This document shows, in pieces, positions 60,890 through 64,000 of a DNA stretch of 64,000 bases (position 1 is its first letter; each line of letters starts with the position of its first letter). Under the pieces are notes generated by a model that did no database searches, was not told the origin of the DNA, and worked only from the letters and a program-made list of their open reading frames with translations. A program made the translations under genes and the position numbers. Source of the DNA: an uncultured Chloroflexia bacterium (lineage in GTDB: Bacteria; Chloroflexota; Anaerolineae; Anaerolineales; UBA11579); NCBI GenBank assembly GCA_963722735.1, contig CAVROH010000012.1, positions 103,735-167,734 on the forward strand, read 5' to 3'.

Positions 60890-62069
60890 GAAATTCGAAT
60901 TTACCCCAGTTGTCACCATCCCGGCGCATCTGATCGGGCAGATCAGGGCCAAGCTGGCTTACGTGGATGAGCAGATCGGTGAGGCGGAGATCGCTGCTGA
61001 TGGTGAGAAGATCACCCTGACCCTGCGCCGCGCGGTGGATGATGCCCACAAGACAAAAATCAAAGAGAAGGTCCAGCATGTGGTCGAGGAAATGGCCCGC
61101 GGGGCGATCCAGCCCAAAGTGGAGATCCTGGAAGACCACTCGCACCGCCCGACGTATTACGATCAGGATCCGATGGATGAGTTGCTGGCCCGCGGCGAGG
61201 TCTATGAAGAGGAGACCGGGGTATTTGTGTTTGGCCCGCTGGTCACCCGCTTGATGGACTTCTTTGAAAGCCGCTTCCTGATGCTGGCAGATGAATTTGA
61301 GGCCAAACCGTACCGCTTCCCGACGTTGATCTCCGCCAAAATGCTCGACCGGGTGGATTATTTCAGTGCCTTCCCGCATTCGCTGACATTTGCCACCCAC
61401 CTGCGCGAAGACCTGGATGTGATCAATCATTTCGCCCATGAAGCGCACTATGAAGACGACGGGCTGAATGCCCCGGCAGACAGCTTCTCAAAGTTCAAGG
61501 TGCTTAATTCTCCGGCGGTGTGCTATCACCTGTATTTCTCGCTGGCCGATCATCCTTTGCCGGACGGAAAGCTGATCGCCACCGCGGTGGGGCACTGCTT
61601 CCGCTACGAGTCCACTAATCTGACCTCGATGGAGCGGCTGTGGAACTTCACCATGCGTGAGGTCATCTTTGTCGGGCCAAAGGACTTTGTGCTGGAGAAC
61701 CGTGAGAAATCCCGCCAGTTCATGGAGAAGATCTTTGATCAGATCGGTCTGGTCTATCACGTGGAGACGGCCAACGACCCCTTCTTTGTCGGCGAGTTCC
61801 GCAAGCAGGCCGCCTTCCAGACTGCCTTCCAGTTGAAATACGAGATTCGGGCTGCGCTGCCGTTCAAGAACAGCACCCTGGCAGTCGGCTCCTATAACTA
61901 TCACCAGAACTTCTTCGGCCGCCACCTGGAGATCACCCTGCCGGATGGCGATCCGATCCATACCGGGTGCACCGCCTTTGGCCTGGAGCGGATCGTGTAT
62001 GCTTTCCTGGCGCAGTTCGGTTTTGACCAGGAGAACTGGCCCCAGGTGGTCAAGGATTGGCTGATATGA
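60882..62069 (+). CDS. class-II aaRS-like (atypical SerRS-core) amino acid:[carrier protein] ligase
   Basis: Internal ATG 60882 overlaps the ACP stop (ATGAGTGA). Class-II motif 2-like GHCFRYES and motif 3-like TGCTAFGLERIVYAF. Candidate Zn ligands (AVCYHL, FRYE, GCTAF) match methanogen-type SerRS homologs. No tRNA-binding coiled-coil or anticodon domain. Confidence 0.7.
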   Translation: MSEKFEFTPVVTIPAHLIGQIRAKLAYVDEQIGEAEIAADGEKITLTLRRAVDDAHKTKIKEKVQHVVEEMARGAIQPKVEILEDHSHRPTYYDQDPMDELLARGEVYEEETGVFVFGPLVTRLMDFFESRFLMLADEFEAKPYRFPTLISAKMLDRVDYFSAFPHSLTFATHLREDLDVINHFAHEAHYEDDGLNAPADSFSKFKVLNSPAVCYHLYFSLADHPLPDGKLIATAVGHCFRYESTNLTSMERLWNFTMREVIFVGPKDFVLENREKSRQFMEKIFDQIGLVYHVETANDPFFVGEFRKQAAFQTAFQLKYEIRAALPFKNSTLAVGSYNYHQNFFGRHLEITLPDGDPIHTGCTAFGLERIVYAFLAQFGFDQENWPQVVKDWLI

Positions 62070-62582
62070 CCGAAGGAAAAGTTAAAGTCACCTACCGGGT
62101 GGGCACGGAAGAAGATTACCCGGTGATCCAGGGATTTTACGAGAAGCTGGACGACGTTCTTCCGTGAGATCGATCTGGGGCTGCCGATGCCCGAGGATGT
62201 CGGCCAGGCCTGGCTGGATTCCTTTTCCCGGCTGTACGGCAAGTTCTCGCTGGTGCATATTGCCGAGATTGATGGCGAGATTGTCGGGTTCATGCTCTCG
62301 CGCATCAAGCGTGTGCCTCCCTATTGGGGCGGCGTGATGGTCGGGACGCTCAGCGATATGTGGATCGAGGAGAAAGGCCGCCGGTTTGGGATTGGGCGCA
62401 AGCTCTCCGAGCTGGCTCTGGACTGGCTGCGCGAGCAGGGCGTGCACTCGATCGAGATCCAGGTGCTGGCCCAGAATGACCCCAGTTGGAGTCTGTATGA
62501 GAGCATGGGCTTCAAACCAGAACTGCGGCAGGCCCGCCTGCTGTGGGAAGATTACGACACCTATAAAAATGCAAGAGGTTAG
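62066..62582 (+). CDS. GNAT-family N-acetyltransferase, frame-interrupted near 62151-62158
   Basis: ATGA overlap with the ligase stop. MTEGKVKVTYRVGTEEDYPVIQGFYEKLDD / FFREIDLGLPMPED...IVGFML...RRFGIGRKLSELALDWLREQG (acetyl-CoA pocket). Confidence 0.75.
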
Positions 62583-63354
62583 CCGGCAGGAAGTCATAGA
62601 TTGTTTAGCGGCAGTGGGCATTTCCAGGGGCGATGGCCTGCTGGTGCACTCTGCCTTGCAGTTCCTGGGGAGGCCGGCAGGCGGGTATGGGAGTGTATCT
62701 GGAAGCGCTGGACGAGGTGGTGGGCTTATCCGGGCCGGATGCCGGGGGGCAGATTGGCGGTGCCGACCTTTAATTTTGGCTTTGCGCATGGTGAAGACTA
62801 CGACCCGGCGACAGCCCCGGCCGTGGGGATGGGGGCCTTCTCCGAATTTGTGCGCCAGGATGTCCGAGCGCGCCGTACCACCCATCCGATGCAGTCCTTT
62901 GCGTTGATCGGCGACCAGGCGGAAGAACTGGCTGCCCTGGATACCCCCTCGGCATTTGACGATGGCTCCGCCGTGGACCGCATGCTGGAGATGGATGACA
63001 AATTACTGCTGCTGGGGGCCAATATCCAGGCGGTCTCGGCTTTACATTACAGCGAGCAGCGCGTCGGCGTTCCCTACCGCTTTTGGAAGGATTTTTCCGG
63101 CCAGGTGCTGCCGTGACGGGGAATGGCAAACCGCCGCATACCGCATGTACGTCCGCGATATGGAGATCGATGCCCGGTTGGAGATCTTTGAGGTCGAGGC
63201 AGAGATGAAAGCCCGCGGTCTGTGGCAGGAAGTCTCGCTGAATTACGGCAAGATCGCTGCCTGCCGGCTGCGCGATTTCATCCAGGTGACCAGCGAACTG
63301 CTTGAGGAAGACCCCTGGCGATTTGTGACCAATAAACCGGGAGGTACAGTATGA
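62569..63354 (+). CDS. AAC(3)-family (Antibiotic_NAT fold) aminosugar N-acyltransferase, three frame breaks (about 62683, the G6 run 62744-62749, about 63111)
   Basis: GISRGDGLLVHSALQFLGRPAGG / MGVYLEALDEVVGLSGPDAGG / RLAVPTFNFGF...RTTHPMQSFALIG...LLLLGANIQAVSALHYSE / RDGEWQTAAYRMYVRD.... Confidence 0.7.
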
Positions 63355-64000
63355 GCTCGATGATGGAACTGATCGGTGAATTGTGGTATCTGGCCCGCGA
63401 GCTGGTCTCGGATGAGTACGACCAGGCGCTGCGCCGTCTGGCAGAAGAAGTGCCGATGACGATCCACGAATATCCCAGCGGGATGCCGGTATGGTCCTGG
63501 ACGGTGCCGGAAAAGTGGACCTGCCATGAGGCAACCCTGGAGACGCTGGACGGCCGCCGGATCATTGACCGGGCCGATCATCCGCTGCATGTGGTCTCCT
63601 ATTCGCTGCCCTTTGAGGGCGTCGTCGAGCGGGAAGAGCTGCTGGCGCATCTGCACGTTCACCCGCAGGAACCCGACCTGATCCCCTTTGTATTCAAATA
63701 CTACCAGCGCGATTGGGGCCTGTGTCTGCCGCAGACCCTGCGGGATACCCTGGACGAAGACCAATACCGGGTGGTGATCCGCACCAGCTTCGAGCCTGGG
63801 ACCCTCAAGGTGGGGGAAGTGGCCGTGCCTGGTGAGGTCGAAGAGAGCTTCGTGCTGGCCGCCCATCTGTGCCATCCGGCCCAGGTCAATGATGACCTCA
63901 CCGGGGTGGTGGTGGGGCTGGACGTGATCCGCCGTCTGCTGGCCGGGCCAAAGCCGCACTTCACCTATCGCTTTTTAATCCTCCCGGAGACGATCGGCTC
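63351..64000 (+). CDS. DUF4910/DUF2172-type aminopeptidase-like domain protein, 3' end outside the window
   Basis: GGGAGG precedes ATG 63351 (ATGA overlap with the previous stop). The frame is open to the window end, so it is absent from the ORF track. MSSMMELIGELWYLARELVSDEY...VLAAHLCHPAQVNDDLTGVVVG...FLILPETIG resembles the family recalled from polysaccharide loci. Confidence 0.55.
   Translation, partial: MSSMMELIGELWYLARELVSDEYDQALRRLAEEVPMTIHEYPSGMPVWSWTVPEKWTCHEATLETLDGRRIIDRADHPLHVVSYSLPFEGVVEREELLAHLHVHPQEPDLIPFVFKYYQRDWGLCLPQTLRDTLDEDQYRVVIRTSFEPGTLKVGEVAVPGEVEESFVLAAHLCHPAQVNDDLTGVVVGLDVIRRLLAGPKPHFTYRFLILPETIG

Overview
High-GC (roughly 60% by eye) bacterial chromosomal window. I found no rRNA, tRNA, CRISPR, transposase or integrase genes. 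nt 1-29400 is a mixed housekeeping and accessory stretch. It carries an FprA-like reductase, M19 and M42 peptidases, a GAF-GGDEF cyclase and an Nfu-type protein. A Tgt-family gene there is translationally coupled to an ArmA/Rmt-family 16S rRNA m7G1405 methyltransferase. The stretch also holds an isochorismatase, a CPBP-NUDIX-dNK operon, a Zn-ADH, a MOSC protein, thrS behind a T-box leader and a consensus promoter, an Mpg glycosylase, a bactofilin, an ArnT/PMT-like glycosyltransferase, MscS and a PRTase. nt 29450-64000 (continuing past the window) is one co-directional ~34.5 kb glycan-assembly super-operon. It encodes GDP-fucose genes (gmd, fcl), a Wzm/Wzt ABC exporter, at least 7 glycosyltransferase-like genes and a fatty acyl-AMP ligase. 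It also has two NeuB-family synthase modules with cytidylyltransferases, a fused ATP-sulfurylase/APS-kinase with two sulfotransferases, and a methyltransferase. It ends in a cassette of acyl carrier protein + class-II aaRS-like amino acid:carrier-protein ligase + GNAT + AAC(3)-like acyltransferase + DUF4910-like protein. The most novel candidate is this combination of sulfation and aaRS-like/ACP aminoacylation machinery inside an ABC-transporter-dependent glycan locus. Caveat: about 40 single-base frame breaks (several at short homopolymers) and one in-frame TAG split otherwise conserved genes, so many ORF-track entries had to be merged by hand. The breaks are strongly clustered at 55.9-59.8 kb. 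The taxon cannot be fixed from the sequence alone; the T-box, leaderless-looking starts and gene content would fit Chloroflexota or another Terrabacteria lineage.
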